Positions 1 to 13,448 of a DNA stretch of 64,000 bases are shown here, one piece after another. The translations under genes were made by a program, and so were the position numbers. The stretch comes from Guillardia theta CCMP2712 (Eukaryota; Protista; Cryptophyta), in the NCBI RefSeq assembly GCF_000315625.1, contig NW_005434523.1, positions 29,725 to 93,724 of the forward strand, in the 5' to 3' direction. Position 1 is the first letter of the stretch; each line of letters begins with the position of its first letter. The notes beneath the pieces were generated by a model. That model saw nothing but the letters and a program-made list of their open reading frames with translations. It searched no databases and was not told the origin of the DNA.

Positions 1-422
1 ACTTTCTCAAGTTCGACGCGCACAATCCCCATGGTACAGAAAATGTCAAGATGCGGATAACAATCTGACGTTGTCCCCCTTCCCCAACCTCCTCTGATCC
101 CCTCCCCTGTCTTGTTCTCCTCCTCCTCCTCCTCCTCCTCCTCCTCCTCCTCCTCCTCCTCCTCGCTTACCCTCCCACTTCTTTCTCTCTCCTCCTTTCA
201 GACTAAAAATTTGAACGCCAACATCCATCGCGTCAGCATAGGCCGAACCGTCTACGGAGACTGGGCTGGAGTCCTCATGCTACCAACAGGACAAGTGAGA
301 TTATTGTGATGAAATTCTGTTTGAAAATTTTAGAATTTACTGCTGCTGATGCTGATTCTGATGCTGATGATGCTGATGCTGATGCTGATGACGACGATGA
401 CGATGATGATGACGATGCTGCT

Positions 423-453
<31 letters not shown>

Positions 454-467
454 ACGACGACGATGCT

Positions 468-511
<44 letters not shown>

Positions 512-1960
512 CCAGATAGAGATGGTGGTGGTGGTGTGGTGGTGGTGGTGGTGGTGGTGATGGTGATGATGATGGAGATGATGACGATGACAACAAGACG
601 ACGATGAAAGTTGGCTTTGATTGTGATGGAGAAGGAGGTTGTGATTCATCATTTGACGATTTCTTTCTTTCAGATCTGCAGTAGAACGCCTGGACCAATT
701 CGGATCGAGAAAGCCGGAAGCAACGTTGTGTTTGGATAGAAGAACAACATGAAGTGATGGAAAAGACACGGGGTAGGCGGATGATGATTGGTAGGAGGAA
801 GAGCATGAGGAACAGGAGGAAGAGGAGGAGGATGTGGAGGAGGAGGAGGAATGAATGTTTCTGATTGTTGCAGCCTTTCATTCCTGTATCTTCTTCCTCT
901 TCGCTGCTCTTCCTCCTCCTCCCGCTCCGCTCCCTCCAAGAATCCGCCGATCCCACTCGTTCCTCGGCTTGTGCTTTATGGAAAACAGTCTCTCTGCTCG
1001 CTGACAAAAGAAAATCAACTTGATGTATCATTGTCAACACCATCACTACTTCCTGCTGCTGCTTCTGAATCTGCTCTTCCTGCGCCTCCTTCTTCCCTCC
1101 TCCTCCTCCTCCTTCTCCTCCTCCTTCTCACCTCTTGTATTGTTCCCCCACACTTGAGTCCTAGGGCGAGACAAGTTTGCTTCAGCACCTCTCCTCCAAG
1201 TTCGATGAGGTCCTGTAGATGCTCGGCCAGTGAGAAGAGAAGAACAAACTTCCAACACCATAACATGTGTGCTAGCATCTGACACGGCAAAAACAAACAG
1301 GACAACACAAAATCTCTACATGTCACCTCAAGTGAGCAAACATCCTCTACACCAAAAACATGGGGGAGCGCAGAAAACATCAAAATCAACTTCATCTGCA
1401 AACACTGCTGATATCTAACCTCAACACTCTCGATTTCATTCGGCAGAGCGTCAAGCTGTCCGCACTGTACCATCATCCTCGTCATACATGTCAGAACAGC
1501 AACGAGATCGAACCGTGATTGCAAACGGATGCTCGCTGATCGCCGTCCAGCTTTCTAGTTCAGCAGGTTGATCCTTCCCTATCCCCTTCCCTCCCTCCCT
1601 CTCTTCCTCCTCTCCCTTCTTCTTCTCTTCCTCCTCCTCCCTCCTCCTGTTCTCCTCCCACTTGTCCGTGTGCTCTTCTGCTTTGTCCTCCTTCTTGACA
1701 TCTCTGTACAAAACCCTCGACACATGATTTTCATCACTCTTCTTAGCTTCCGATCCATCTTCTTTCTTGTCTTCTAAAATCTCTCTCTTCTCTTTCTCTC
1801 TCGGTTTGCAGTCTTCGACGTGTTGCAAATACTCTTCGAACGACATCAGGAGACTTTCCCGACACCTGGTGCAGGAGATCTTGTGTTGTAGTGGAGAATC
1901 GAAACCCCCCGCTACCATCTCTCCATCATACAAGGAAGCAAATCGTAATCCCGAGCAAAC
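1..1960 (-). CDS. Multi-exon gene with an SDE2/SF3A3(Prp9)-type SAP-like domain and an upstream CxxC...HxxxC zinc-finger-like motif; ends not resolved
   Basis: The exon ending at 1132 encodes LIELGGEVLKQTCLALGLKCGGTIQE. A GT-AG intron at 1131-1001 joins it to RAERLFSIKHK, rebuilding the LKCGGTxxERAERLF signature. ORF 1451-1933 contains CTRC...YLQHVEDC. Other exon boundaries and the linkage of the zinc-finger exon are approximate. Confidence 0.55.
113..600. repeat. Trinucleotide microsatellites (TCC)n, (GAT/GCT)n, (GGT)n, probably intronic
   Basis: Repeat runs visible directly at 113-163 and 340-600. Confidence 0.9.
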
Positions 1961-2448
1961 TTTAATCCCCCTGCAAACAGCTCGATGTCAGAAAGAACTG
2001 ATGGTCGTGGTAGGTTTTCAGGAGATGACGATCTTGAAAACAATGACAAGGAGAAGGCGGCAGGAGGAGTATGAAGAGTATGAGGAGGAGGAGGAGATGG
2101 AAGAGGAGGAGATGGAGGAGGAGGAGGAGATGGAGGAGGAGGAGGAGAGTGGAGGAGAGTAGTTGTAGGAGGAGGAGGAGGAGGAGAAGGAGGAGGAGAG
2201 AAGTGGGGGTGATGGAGGAGCAGTAGAATGAATAAGGTTGAAGGAGAAGATCATGATAATGGGAGGAGGAAGGGAAGGAAGGATAGGAAGAAAGGAAAGA
2301 GCAGGCAAACGCGGGAAGGGAGGGAGGGAGAGAAGGAGGGAGGGAAAGAGGAAGGGAAAGAGGAAGGGAGGGAGGAAGGGAAAGAGGAAGGGAGGGAGGA
2401 AGGGAAAGAGGAAGGGAAAGAGCTTTTCTTGCATAATGAACGGCTCAC

Positions 2449-5400
2449 TTACCCTTTCCTGCTCTGCAAACTTCTTGCATCGATTTCTCCATCCTGTCCC
2501 ACCATCGACCTCGCCTCCTGCATACACCTCTTCATCGTCATTGAGGTCTGCGGGAGGCCCCTGACGCTGGGGTAGAGGAGCTCCCACAGGACTTTGGATC
2601 GAGAAGGGACTCTGAAGCAGCAGGCGACGGTTTGTTCCATCATGGCAGCCAGCTGCTGCCTGAGCTGCTGATCGTCAAGGGTCTTCATGTCTTGAAGGTC
2701 TTTGACTAGCTGTTGCAACTTAGCGGGAAGGAGGTCGACAGCTGCTGGGTCGGGGAGCTCGTGAGTTGTGTCAGGTTGCTCCTCTCTGAACCTCCCAGAT
2801 GGGGAGGAGAGGAGGGAGGAGAGCCGGTCGGCAAGGCAATGTCGGAGTATCTGTGTCAAGTACAGCATCTTGAGGGTGATGTCCCTCTTCGCAACCTCAA
2901 CTTCCAACCAGTTATCGATGAGCAACCTGGTGCAGGACGCGTTGCAGTCGATGCTGTTGGAGCAGAACAGAACGATGACGAGCAGAGGGCACTTGGTTGT
3001 GTTCATCAGCCACATCTTGCTTGTCTCCAACAGCTGAGAGTAAATCAGCACATCTGACGCCCCGACGACCGACGGGCAGGAGGAGTAGGCGCTGGTGGGA
3101 TGCAGAAAGGTCTGCGGGGCCCCCTTGGTGATAAAGACAGCTTCCTCCGTCCTCCTCCTCACGTTCTCCGGGTCAGGCAGGCCGATCATAGGGTAGAAGG
3201 AGGTTGAGAGCGACAACTTGATCAGGTTCACCTGCTCCCTCCGCAAGTCGCGCATGCTCGCTTCTGACATCTCCTGTAGGTCATGCGAGAGCTCAAAGTC
3301 CAGAGCTTTCAGGTCTACCTCCTCCTCCTCCTCCTCCTCCTCCTCCACCTTCCCCTCCCCCTCCTCCTCCTCCTCCTCCTCCTCCTCCTCGCCCCCCTTC
3401 TTCCTCTTCTTCTTGCCCACCATCGTCCTGAACCCTCCGTCCAGCGTCAGCACCCGCGTCTTCCTACTCGCGTCGCGCTGCTTCTGCAGCTTCTTGAGCT
3501 CCCTCCTCCTCCACCTTCCCTCGGGATCGCTCCTCCTCACCCTGTTCCGCGCCTGAACCAGCGTCTCCTCTTCCAGCAAGCTCGCATCCTTGAGCAGGGC
3601 CGCAAACTGCTCCTTCAGCCGCGTCATCTCATATAGCCTCTGCTCCTCCACCCCGTGCCTCCTGCTCCACCTCCTCCCCGACTCCTTCCTCCCCTTCGCC
3701 AGGACCCACTCGTCGTACACGTTGAGGAGGGTAAACGGGTCCCCCTCCTCCGACATCAGCCTCCTCCTCTCCTGCTCCTCCTCCGCCCCCGGATCTAGCC
3801 GGAGGAACGGAGACTGTATGCTCATTCCAGCTGCTATCGTCATCATTTCATCCTCAAGCCCCAGCAGGCAGGACAGCACCAACATCTTCCCGATGCGAAG
3901 GTCGACAGGCAGCTGGGACAGGACGCGGCCAAGAGGCAGGATCCTCTCCTCCTCCTCCTCCTCGGTGATGAGTTGGAGCTGGCGGAGGACAAGCATGGAC
4001 GACTCGACGCTGTCTCGAGGAGGAGGTTGGACCCAGTCGAACGTCCTCGGGTCCCCCAGCCCGAGCTGCTTCATCTGGAGGAGGACGGAGTCGAGTGAGA
4101 CGCGGAGGATCTCAGGGATGGAGAAGTCGAGCAGATAGTCGAACTGCTCCTGGGAGTAGAGCCTGTAGCAGACCCCTGGCCCTGTCCTCCCTGCCCTCCC
4201 CTTCCTCTGCTCCGCTGACGCCTTGGAGATCCAGTACTCCTGCAGGCTGTGGACCAGGACGCCGCTATCGTAGCCCATCTCCTTCCCCTTCCCGCTGTCC
4301 GCCACGAAGCGGATCCCGTCGATGGTGACGGAGGTCTCGGCGATGTTGGTAGACAGGATGCACTTCCTGACCCCCGGGGGAGGGAGGTCGAAGACTTTGT
4401 CCTGCTCCTCAGCGGACAGCGCAGAATGAAGCTTCAGCACTATCCACCTCTTGGTCTCCCTCGCGTACTCTAGCAGGACGTCGTTGATCGCGTTGATCTC
4501 GTTGGAGCCGCTCAGGAAGACAAGCAGGTCCCCCCTCTCGCTCCTAGGGTACTGCTGGTCGATCAGCTGGAGGAGGAGCAGGTACGGCTTCGGGTCGATA
4601 GCCTTCTTCTTCTTGGTCTTGGCCGTCAGCCCCTTCACCCCCATGGCAGCGAAATTTCCCTTGCAGTCCTCCGCTCTTCTCACTTGCCCATCCTCGTCGA
4701 AGTCAACAGGGCGGTAGACGACTTGGATCGGGTAGAGCCGACCGGGGACAGTGATGACAACGGCATCGAGGTAGTCCCTGAACATGTTCGCGTTGATCGT
4801 TGCGCTCATGAGAACAAGCCGCAGGTCCTGTCTCCTCAACAGCAACATCTTGAGGATTCCCAGAAGAAAATCTCCAGTCAAATGCCTTTCGTGTACCTCG
4901 TCCACAATGACGACGTCGTACTGCGAGAGAAGAGAATCTGCAGCTATCTGCCTTAGCAGCAATCCTTCTGTCAGGAACAATATCTTCGTCTTCTCCGTCC
5001 TGTTGGATTCGAAACGGATCTGATATGCAACCTGGCTCCCATACTCGTTCAGCATTTCACAGGACACCCTGTTGCAAAGAGAGATGGTGGAAATCCTTCT
5101 TGGTTGGGTACATGCAATCGATGTGAACCCTGCTTGAACCAGATACTGTGGGACTTGTGTAGATTTCCCACACCCTGTGTCGCCGGCAATTAGAACAACC
5201 TGCGTTATCAAAGATGAGAAACGTGTTTGAGACATCATCATCATCTCCATCATCATCATCATCCTCATCATCATCCTCATCCTCATCCTCATCATCGTAT
5301 CCACCACCACCATCACCATCACCTTCGCCATCGCCATCCTCCTCCTCCTCTGACCTGATTGTTCTTCACGGCGCTCACAATCTGATCTTTGAAAGCATAG

Positions 5401-5849
5401 ATGGGCAGATCTCTCTGACTTTCTTTCATCTTCTTGATCTTGTTCAACGTCTTCCTCTGCCGAAAGTCTTCAAACATAATCAACCCTCTCTTCATCTCCT
5501 TCACTTCCTCCTCGCTCAACATGCTCCTCCCCCGATTCTTCACCATCACCGTGAAGTTGATCCTGTACCTCTTGTCATACCTCGCCGGCAAATCGTCAAG
5601 CATGTCCATAAGTCGCTTCCTCACTCCTTCCTCTCGGCATGCGAACGGCCTTGGCGGATCCCTAATCGTCCTCTCCCTCCTCTCCTCGACCTCCTGCTTC
5701 CTGTGCTTGCAGTATCTCTCGAAGAACTCCTGGAACTCGTGGAAGGAGGAGGAGGACGACTTTATCAAGGCCGCGTCCTCGCTGAACAATCTCTCAAGCT
5801 CCTCCAGACCTTGTTTGCTGCTGATGAAGTCCCACCTGACGTCCGACAT
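2449..5849 (-). CDS. DHX34: DEAH-box RNA helicase, DHX34-like (exons 5849-5355 and 5199-2449)
   Basis: Motifs GDTGCGKSTQVPQY, DEVHER, MSAT, STNIAETSVTIDG, QRKGRAGRTGPG and an HA2-like region are present. A GT-AG intron at 5354-5200, filled with (GAT)n, joins the two ORFs in frame. The C-terminus may be spliced further. Confidence 0.85.
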
Positions 5850-5865
5850 GCTGCCGATCTTCAAT

Positions 5866-6460
5866 GCAGGAGGGCAAGGGAGGGGAGGGAGGGAAGGGAT
5901 GGGAGGGGGAGGAGATGGCAGGAGATGGGAGGGGGAGGAGATGGCAGGTGATGGGAGGGACGGGAGGGGGAGGAGATGGGAGGGACGGGAGGGGGAGAAG
6001 GAAGGTGGGGCAGGGGAGGGAGGGAAAGGGGGAGGGGAGGGACGAGTTTGCAGGCGAGGGAGGAAAAAAAGTAGGAACCCGGTGTGTAGATGGCCGGAAG
6101 AGGGGGAGGGGAGGGGAGGGGAGGGGAGGGAGGGAGGGGAGGGAGGAGAGGGGAGGGGAGGGGAGGGGAGGGGAGAGGAAGGTGGGAGGGGAGGGGAGTG
6201 AGTGAGGGGAGGGAGGGAGAGGAGAGGAGGGAGGGAGGGGAAAGCAGGGAGGAAGGATGTAGAGGGCAGGGAGAGAGTTAGAGCGATGAAGAGGGAGAGG
6301 AGAGGAGGGATTCAGACGGAAGAGAGGGGAGGAAGGAAGGGAGAGGAAATCGGAGGGATGGATGTCAAGGAAGGAGGGAGGGAGGACAAGGGATTCGGCC
6401 TGGAAGTAGAGGAGGGGAGGAAGGTAGAGCAATGAAGAGGGAGAGGTGTAGAGGGAGTAA
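5866..6460. repeat. Polypurine (GGAG/GGGGA-rich) low-complexity tract
   Basis: The + strand is almost entirely G/A with many G-runs, immediately upstream of the helicase start. Confidence 0.85.
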
Positions 6461-6636
6461 AACGTCACAATTTCATTCAATCAAAAAGAATCCCCCCTCC
6501 CCGCCTCCTCCTCCTCCTCGCCAGCACCATTGTTCTTATAATACAAGCTCCAATACCTATCCTCCTCTTCAAACATTGTGCAATCGTCGCTTTGCAGCGC
6601 CGACCATGCCCAGTTTCTGTCCATCACGTCAAGCTT

Positions 6637-7185
6637 TCAATCCACACGTTGATGACGTACCGCATGCAAGAATTGTTTGACGGCCGACTGCACACTCTGG
6701 TACTTCCCCATGGTGAACAGAAATCCGCCGATGGCGTTAAGAATGACCCCTGTGCGACATGTCATGTCATGGTTGAACAAAAGATGTAAGCAGCAACACA
6801 AGACCATCAACATCACCTAAGATGTAAAGTGAGCTCGCGTGTACGTCTTTGGCAAGGAACTGCAACTTTGTCAATATGGAGGATGGTCTATGAACATGAT
6901 TCTCAAGGTTTGATCGCAAGGAACAGAGTGAATTCGTAGTGGACAGGCACAGTTCAGCAGAACTTACAAAGAATCCGACGCCAGTCTGCTAGAAGTCAGC
7001 ATCATCGCACAGCAAACAAAGTTTTCTTGCGTTCACCTGTGCTGCTGTCTTGATGTGGCCGACGAGTGAAGTCACAAGAGCAGAATTGTTGCGAATACAG
7101 AGGAACATCGAGTAGTTGAGGAAACATCTGCAACCACAGAATCAACCGTCCTCCTCCTCCTCCTCAGTCACTCTCCTTCCCCCTG

Positions 7186-7273
<88 letters not shown>

Positions 7274-8338
7274 CTCATGTCCTAACATACCCAAGAAGAG
7301 TTGCTCCAGCTATTGTAAACTGCAAGCCCCAGGAGTAGATCCCTTTGTCCTGCCAATCATCATCATCTCCATCGAAATCATCATCATCATCATTTTCCGT
7401 CTCTATCATCATCATCTCGATCGTCGTCGTCGTCATCATCATCATATCCATACACCCTCCTCGTCCTCTTCCTGTTCCTCCTCCTCCCTCTCCCTCATCA
7501 CACAATCAGTCACCAGGTAGCTGACATCAGCGCCAGGTCGGAGCTTCCACTCCAGGTACATCATGAACGAGAGGATCGGGATAGCAAGGAGGGAATTGTG
7601 AGCCAGCAGACCGAGGGTAGGATCTACCCCCTTGCCATAGTGGAACATTCCTCCCATCCCCTGTTTCCCCTTGTGCTTCGCCTCCACCAGTATGACGTAG
7701 AGGGCCTGTGTAACGTTGGACAGCATCGCCATCTGAAGGGCGGAAGGGGAGAGGAACAGGTCCGAAGAACCGGCAAGCAAGGTTCCAAACACTATCGTCA
7801 AGACGCCGATGACGGTCATGGCTGATGTCTCCGATGCTTCACTGGCGCTACTGCTCGCGAGCTGCTCCTTCCCCGCCTCCTCGCAGGAGTCTTCCCTCGT
7901 TACTTTGACGGATACCAACGCGTCCTCTCCGTTGGAAGTTACCCCCTGTTTTTCTGTCCTACTTATCTTCTGCCTGTACTGAGATATGCACTTGGCAGCA
8001 GCTGAGATGATGATGATGAAGAGAGGAGCTGCTCGCTTGAGCACCCCGTATGTCGGGATGCTTGTAGCCTGCAGGCTTGCCAGGGCAAGGGCAGCGTTGG
8101 AGCAGTACAGGAATGAAACAGGCATGTGCATCATCAGCCCCTTCAAGGTGAAAGTAGGATATTTGGTGACACCGATCATGTTCAGTCCCAACAGGGCAAC
8201 TTGCATCAGCGACATCTGAATCACGAGCAGAAACAGAGGGAAGTTGTAGTTGTAAGTCTGCGAAAGAGCTTTGTTTGCAAAGGTCATGCAGCTAGAAACC
8301 AGCCCATAGAACACAGCACTCCCAAGCTCCTTGAACAT
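6637..8338 (-). CDS. SLC35D-like nucleotide-sugar transporter, multi-exon
   Basis: The N-terminus reads SAVFYGLVSSCMTFANKALSQTYNYNFP...SIPTYGVLKR. Downstream exons read GIYSWGLQFTIAGATLLG, CFLNYSMFLCIRNNSALVTSLVGHIKTAAQ (~7128-7037) and GVILNAIGGFLFTMGKY...RVD*, with the stop at 6637. Confidence 0.8.
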
Positions 8339-9354
8339 TTCTTCCTATCCACTGGCCGATGACCGATCACGCGATATCCAAAGGTTTTGTACACCCCTGA
8401 ATGTTCCAGGGAGGATGCTGGGAGTGGAATCAACTCTTGCTCAAATTCCAGGTCATCCTCCGATTTTCATCTACAGCATCTGAAAACCAACCACTACAGT
8501 TATGATAGTCAAATTCGCCCTCCTCTGCACCCCCCCCCCCCTCCTCTTCTACTCCCCTCTCTCTTCTACTCCCCTCTCCTCTCTCTCTCCACTCTCTCTC
8601 CTCTCTCTCCCCCCTCTCTCCTCTCTCTCTCTCTCTCCTCTCTCCTCTCTCTTCCTCCCATCCCTTCCTACTCTCACCCTCCCATTTCGCATCCCACCTG
8701 GACCCAAAAGCAGGGCAGCGGTATAACGGATACGAAACCGTCATGGATATGCATTGTAACTGCAATAAAACTGTTAGTAACGTATTTGAAACGGTTCTGA
8801 TTGGCGGCATGCTCGTGTGGTAATGAAGCCAAAGGTGAGGAGGGGAGGGAAGGAGGAGGAGGAGGAGGAGGAGGAGGAGGAGAGGAAGAAGCGATGAATA
8901 CTGTGGAGAAGAGGGACGAAGGGACGAAGGAAGTGGAGGAGAAGGTGGGAGGATGGTGGGGAAGGAGCAACGACGAAGGGAGGGAGAAGGGACAGGAGAG
9001 AGGGAGCGAGGGAGGAGGAAGGACTGAGTGAATGAAGGGCAAAGAAGCAGAAGAAGACCAAGGCATCAAGGTTACTGGGAAAGAAGGATAGGCCGAAGGA
9101 AGATAAGATGGACGATAGTAGCATGCGAGAGAAGCGACATTGCCAAAATAGCACCAGGGTCCCATGGGACGGACATTGAAGTTGTATGGTAGAGCAGTGA
9201 AGATGTTGGAGAAACTTCTGTGTTGAGAGTGTTTGATGACATCGCTTGCCTTCTCTGAGATGATTGTCGCTGTTACTATTTGTGAAGAGCGGCATTTCCC
9301 ACATTCTTGCCCCTCATTTCTCAGCTAGAGAGGGCGGTGTGAGGGGGTACGACC

Positions 9355-10814
9355 ATGGCACACGGCAACGCGTGCATGGAGACATGTCGGCCGATGTTTT
9401 CAGACAAACATCAAGATGTCTGCACTGCAAGTGAACTCACTCTGCTCCTAGATGGACGCGGGATAAGGAGCTTTCTTTGGATCGCTAAAGAGTTTCGGGC
9501 CTGCACCTGATTGTCTTCCCCGCGCATTTTTCATAGTCCCTGCCATGGAGGCCAACCTGTTGGAAGCAGGGACGTCTATGGACAGCCTTTGCATTGAGGC
9601 AGGGCAGCGGAGCCCGAGGTTGGATCGGAGCAAAGAGAAGAAACAAAAGCGAGGAGTCACTTTCAAGACCTGCTCACTGCCTGGCTGGCCTGCAGGGCTT
9701 CAGTACACGCATACTCCAGGTCCCTCTCCCTGCTCTTCTTCTGACCGTCTCTATGTCCCTGTGGACCGTCTTACCTCCTGCCTCTGTCTCCGCATGCTTC
9801 CCCTTCTCTTCCTCATCCTATTCCTCTTCGTCTTCGTCTTCGTCTTCGTCTTCGTCTTCCTCGTCTTCTTCCTCATCCTCGTCACCTTCCTCCATCGCTC
9901 GCTCCGGCTTCCTCCGCACCTCCTCTTTCTCCGCTGACTCCGCTCTCACCTCCCAGACCTAGCTGGACTCTCACCTGGCGACCGGAGGCTGATCCGTATG
10001 GACTACCTTCCGGGAGTTACCATCAAGAAGATAGACGACAGGGCCCACCCGGCCTACGGACAGAATGGCCTCTTCGCCTCCATGGAGTTCACAGTTGGGG
10101 ATGTGCTGGGGGAATACACGGGGAAGATTGTGCCTGGACACTGCGGAGGAAACTATGTAACACGGCTCTGGAACTCGGGGCATGACTCGGACTATTTTCG
10201 TCCTGGAGTGGATGCGGAGGTGATGGGGAACGAGCTTCGGATGATCAATGACTATCGGAGCGTTCCTGGGGCCACCGGGCCAAATTGCAAGTTTTCTAGG
10301 ACGACCTTGAGAGGGTACAGAGCAGCCCTGATTGTAGCTATCAGGTTGAGACGATGCTTGTTATGCTGTTGGAGTTGCCTTCTTGATGTTGATATTCCTT
10401 TGACTCGTCCCTGACCTGCTCGCTCGCTCGCTGTCCCTTCCTCCTCTCGTTTCTTTGTTTGCATGACATGTCATCCGCGAGCTTTCTTCGTGATCTTGCA
10501 CTGAGTCTTGCTTTTGTTGGATTGCAGGAATGTCGCGCCAGGCGAGGAATTCTTGCTGGACTATGGCGAGGTTTACTGGCATGGCTGGCGGCCCTCTCAC
10601 ACTCACTTCTCTGGCGAGTCAGAGGAGACGTATGAAGGTAGATTTTTCTAGTACCTCATTCCCTTTCTCATGCTTACTGCGACTGGCAGACGGTTCTTCC
10701 CAGAATCTTGAAGAGAGGGCGGTCAGTGCTGTGCTGCCCGAGGACCTTGAGGCTCTAGAGAACGAGCTTCGTGAGATGGTGTCGCAAGCGACCGAGGAGT
10801 CTGTAAGGGCATAG
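9355..10814 (+). CDS. SET-domain protein (putative lysine methyltransferase), multi-exon; start uncertain
   Basis: GQNGLFA...GDVLGEYTG...VDAEVMGNELRMINDY lies at 9998-10345. After an intron comes NVAPGEEFLLDYGEVYW (~10528-10580). These match the SET motifs GxGLFA, GNxxRFINH and GEELxxDY. Confidence 0.75.
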
Positions 10815-11053
10815 AGACGATGATAGTGCTAGCAAGCTCGAGGACTATGAGTTGATAAGTGAACGGATGGTAAGGCTTCAGCCCTGAGCTGCGTCTCGTT
10901 CCCCTACCTTCCTCCTTCTCCTGCTCCTCTCGTTTGGAGTGCATGTAGCTTTCATTCTCAGATGCAGTATGCTTGATCCATATACAGCTCTATCCCTCCG
11001 ACACTCCCGTATCCCTTGCATCTTTTGTCCCTGAAAACCTCCTCTTTCGCTCT

Positions 11054-12119
11054 CTAGCTCTCCCTCGCGTACTTCACGCTTACCCCCCTCCCCTCCCCGC
11101 CCCCCACGATCTCCTCCGGCGTCTCCCACCCTACCATCGGCAGACTCTCCTCGCTCCAATCGTCCTCCTCCCATGCCTCTGATGCGACCCAAAGCCTCCA
11201 CTTCTCCGCCTGCTCCTCCTGCTGGTCCGCGTCGTCGTCAAGGCAGAGGGCCCATGCCCCCCGCTTACACTGCGCCTTGTGCTGCTCGCGCGACTCGCCG
11301 GGTATCATCGTGAGGTCCGTGACCGTCTCCGACAGCTCTTGTTGGTCCGAGTCCTCGGGCGGCTCCCCGCCAGCACCCCACGCCTGACGTCCTCCCGTCT
11401 TGTCGGTCTCGCTGCCCCCCGACAGCGACGAGCACGTTGGCAACCATGGCGTCGCGTCATGCGGGGACGAGCAGAGGTCGTCATAGTCTGCTGGCTTAGT
11501 AGCGGCTGGGGCCTGCCTCTTGCTGCTGCGCTTCTTCCGGTACACCCGACGCGGCGCCTTGCTCCAGTTGGTCGTGATCTCCGCCCACGCCCGGTACCTC
11601 TCCCGGCAGCACTGCTCCAGCGCCTCCAGGCTCACGTCCGCCCCGAGCATCCACGCGAGCTGGCGGAGCTTGAGCCAGGCCTGCCGGAGCTCCTGGAGCT
11701 CGTGGGGGTCGTCGGGGTTCCTCCAGCGGCGGTTGGAGAAGAAGTAGCGCGCGCTGCCGCTCCTTGACAAGTCCGTCGCCTCCACCTTGTCGGGGAGGAT
11801 GCAGCGGTCGCGGATCTTGGTGAAGCCGTTGTGCTCGAGGACCTTGTTGAACTCCACCTCCCTCACACCGTATTCTCCCATGACTTGGCTGTGCGAGCGG
11901 ACGGCAGGCGGGATGCAGTCGCGGAGGGCGTCGTACATGGAGAGGCGGCCCTTGCGGGGGATGAAGAAGTGGCTGAGAGAAGGGACGGCGCGGGAGACCT
12001 GGGGCAGACAGGAGTCAGGCATGGGCAGGAGGAGGAGACAGGGAGAGGGAGGGGCATACCGCTTGGGCGAAGGCGAGGGCGACGGTCTTGGAGGCGGGGG
12101 AGGCAGAGGGCCGAACCAT
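11054..12119 (-). CDS. Expanded family copy 1: putative RFX-like winged-helix protein with acidic tail (exons 12119-12060 and 11998-11054)
   Basis: MVRPSASPASKTVALAFAQA, then a GTATGC...CAG intron, then VSRAVP...EFNKVLEHNGFTKIRDR...PRRVYRK. The frame is intact. The function call is inference. Confidence 0.85.
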
Positions 12120-12298
12120 TGTGCAGGATGGCAAAAGGAAGCTGGTTACGGAATGAAGTAACTCGTGAGGGTGTGTAGTAAAAACGGAACAGAACGGAAG
12201 GGTGCGGGAATGGGTCGATTGGTGGCCGCGAGTAACGTGACAGAGGCAGATTCAAGTAAAGAGCGATATTTTCAGAAAAATAAATTCTGGTCATCGCC

Positions 12299-12320
12299 GA
12301 GATGCCGATGGTAACGTGAC
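12299..12320 (-). promoter_or_regulatory. X-box-like motif GTCACGTTACCATCGGCATCTC upstream of copy 1
   Basis: Exact motif ~180 bp upstream of the ATG and co-oriented with the gene. A partial duplicate, GTAACGTGACAGAGGCAGA, lies at ~12232-12250. Confidence 0.6.
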
Positions 12321-13194
12321 AGAGGCAGAACGTCCAGTACACCCACCCCCTCCAGAGGCAGTACACCCTCCTTCATGTACCCCCCTTGAAAGCCTCCACC
12401 CCCCCTCAGACCTAGACCTGCCCTCTATCCGAGTCAGACCCAGGCTCCACTTGAAGCTCTTTAGGCCCGGAGGCTCCTGGTAGACTTGGATGTGTCGGAG
12501 TGGCTGATTATCGGTCCGGGCCCTTCGGCCGCCGCCCGGGACTCGCCCGGCCCGGGGACCGTTGGGCTGACGAGTGCAAGACTGAGGTCGAATGACGAGT
12601 CATCCGATGATCAGTATCAGGACCCGCATCGGAACATCGACCACTTGAAACATGATCTCATCTTGCATGCCTGACAATATCAGAATCAGGCAAGAAGTAT
12701 TCACACTATCCTTCCATGTCATGAGCATCCGCCATCACCGCCGCCGCGCTTTGCACTCTGCGGCTTCTCGAGTCAGTCGGAATCTTGAACTCATGCTGTG
12801 GGCATAACTTCACACAAGAGATGAAATGTTTGTGTAAAACTTCAATGTTAGAGATCTATGTTCATCGACATGAACACAGATAGTAGCTTCAAACTCTTCT
12901 CGAAAGGTAAGGACTCGGACCTCTACTCACCCCATCCGGCTCCGAGTCTTCGAGGACCCAACTTCAGATGGGAATGGACACCCGACCCACATTCAAGTTG
13001 GACGGCAGGGACTTCACGATGCTCAATACAAGCAGCCGGAGGGCTCAAGACTGAATCGGGTCCACGAAGCCTCTCGTGTGTTATGACTGACTCTAGGCCC
13101 TGATTAAAGTGTTGTTGACTAGCGATGCGGGTACTGCTCCTTACTGCTTGAGCAACCTCTGGAGTGAAATCAGCCGTACTGAGCAGATCTTAAC

Positions 13195-13448
13195 TAACTA
13201 GTCATTTTATTGTCACCCTCGCAGTCTACTCGTCTTGACTAGTTCTTTTCTTGTCACCATTGCTGTCTGTCTTGACTAGTTCTGTTCTTGTCACCATTGC
13301 TGTCTGTGTTGACTAGTTGTTTTCTTGTCACCATTGCTGTCTGTGTTGACTAGTTGTTTTCTTGTCACCATTGCTGTCTGTGTTGACTAGTTGTTTTCTT
13401 GTCACCATTGCTGTCTGTGTTGACTAGTTCTTTTCTTGTTACCCTCGC
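13195..13448. repeat. 37-bp minisatellite (TTGACTAGTTGTTTTCTTGTCACCATTGCTGTCTGTG), about 6 copies
   Basis: Units start at 13235, 13272, 13309, 13346, 13383 and 13420, with degenerate ends. Confidence 0.9.

Noticed and set aside
46-2587. Many poly-S/E/D/H/L ORFs (also at 5214-6480, 14967-16188 and 58584-63869)
   Set aside because: They are translations of microsatellites and low-complexity tracts.
9355-10814. SET-domain gene as a functional part of the amplified system
   Set aside because: Adjacency is the only link. It is single-copy with no motif upstream.
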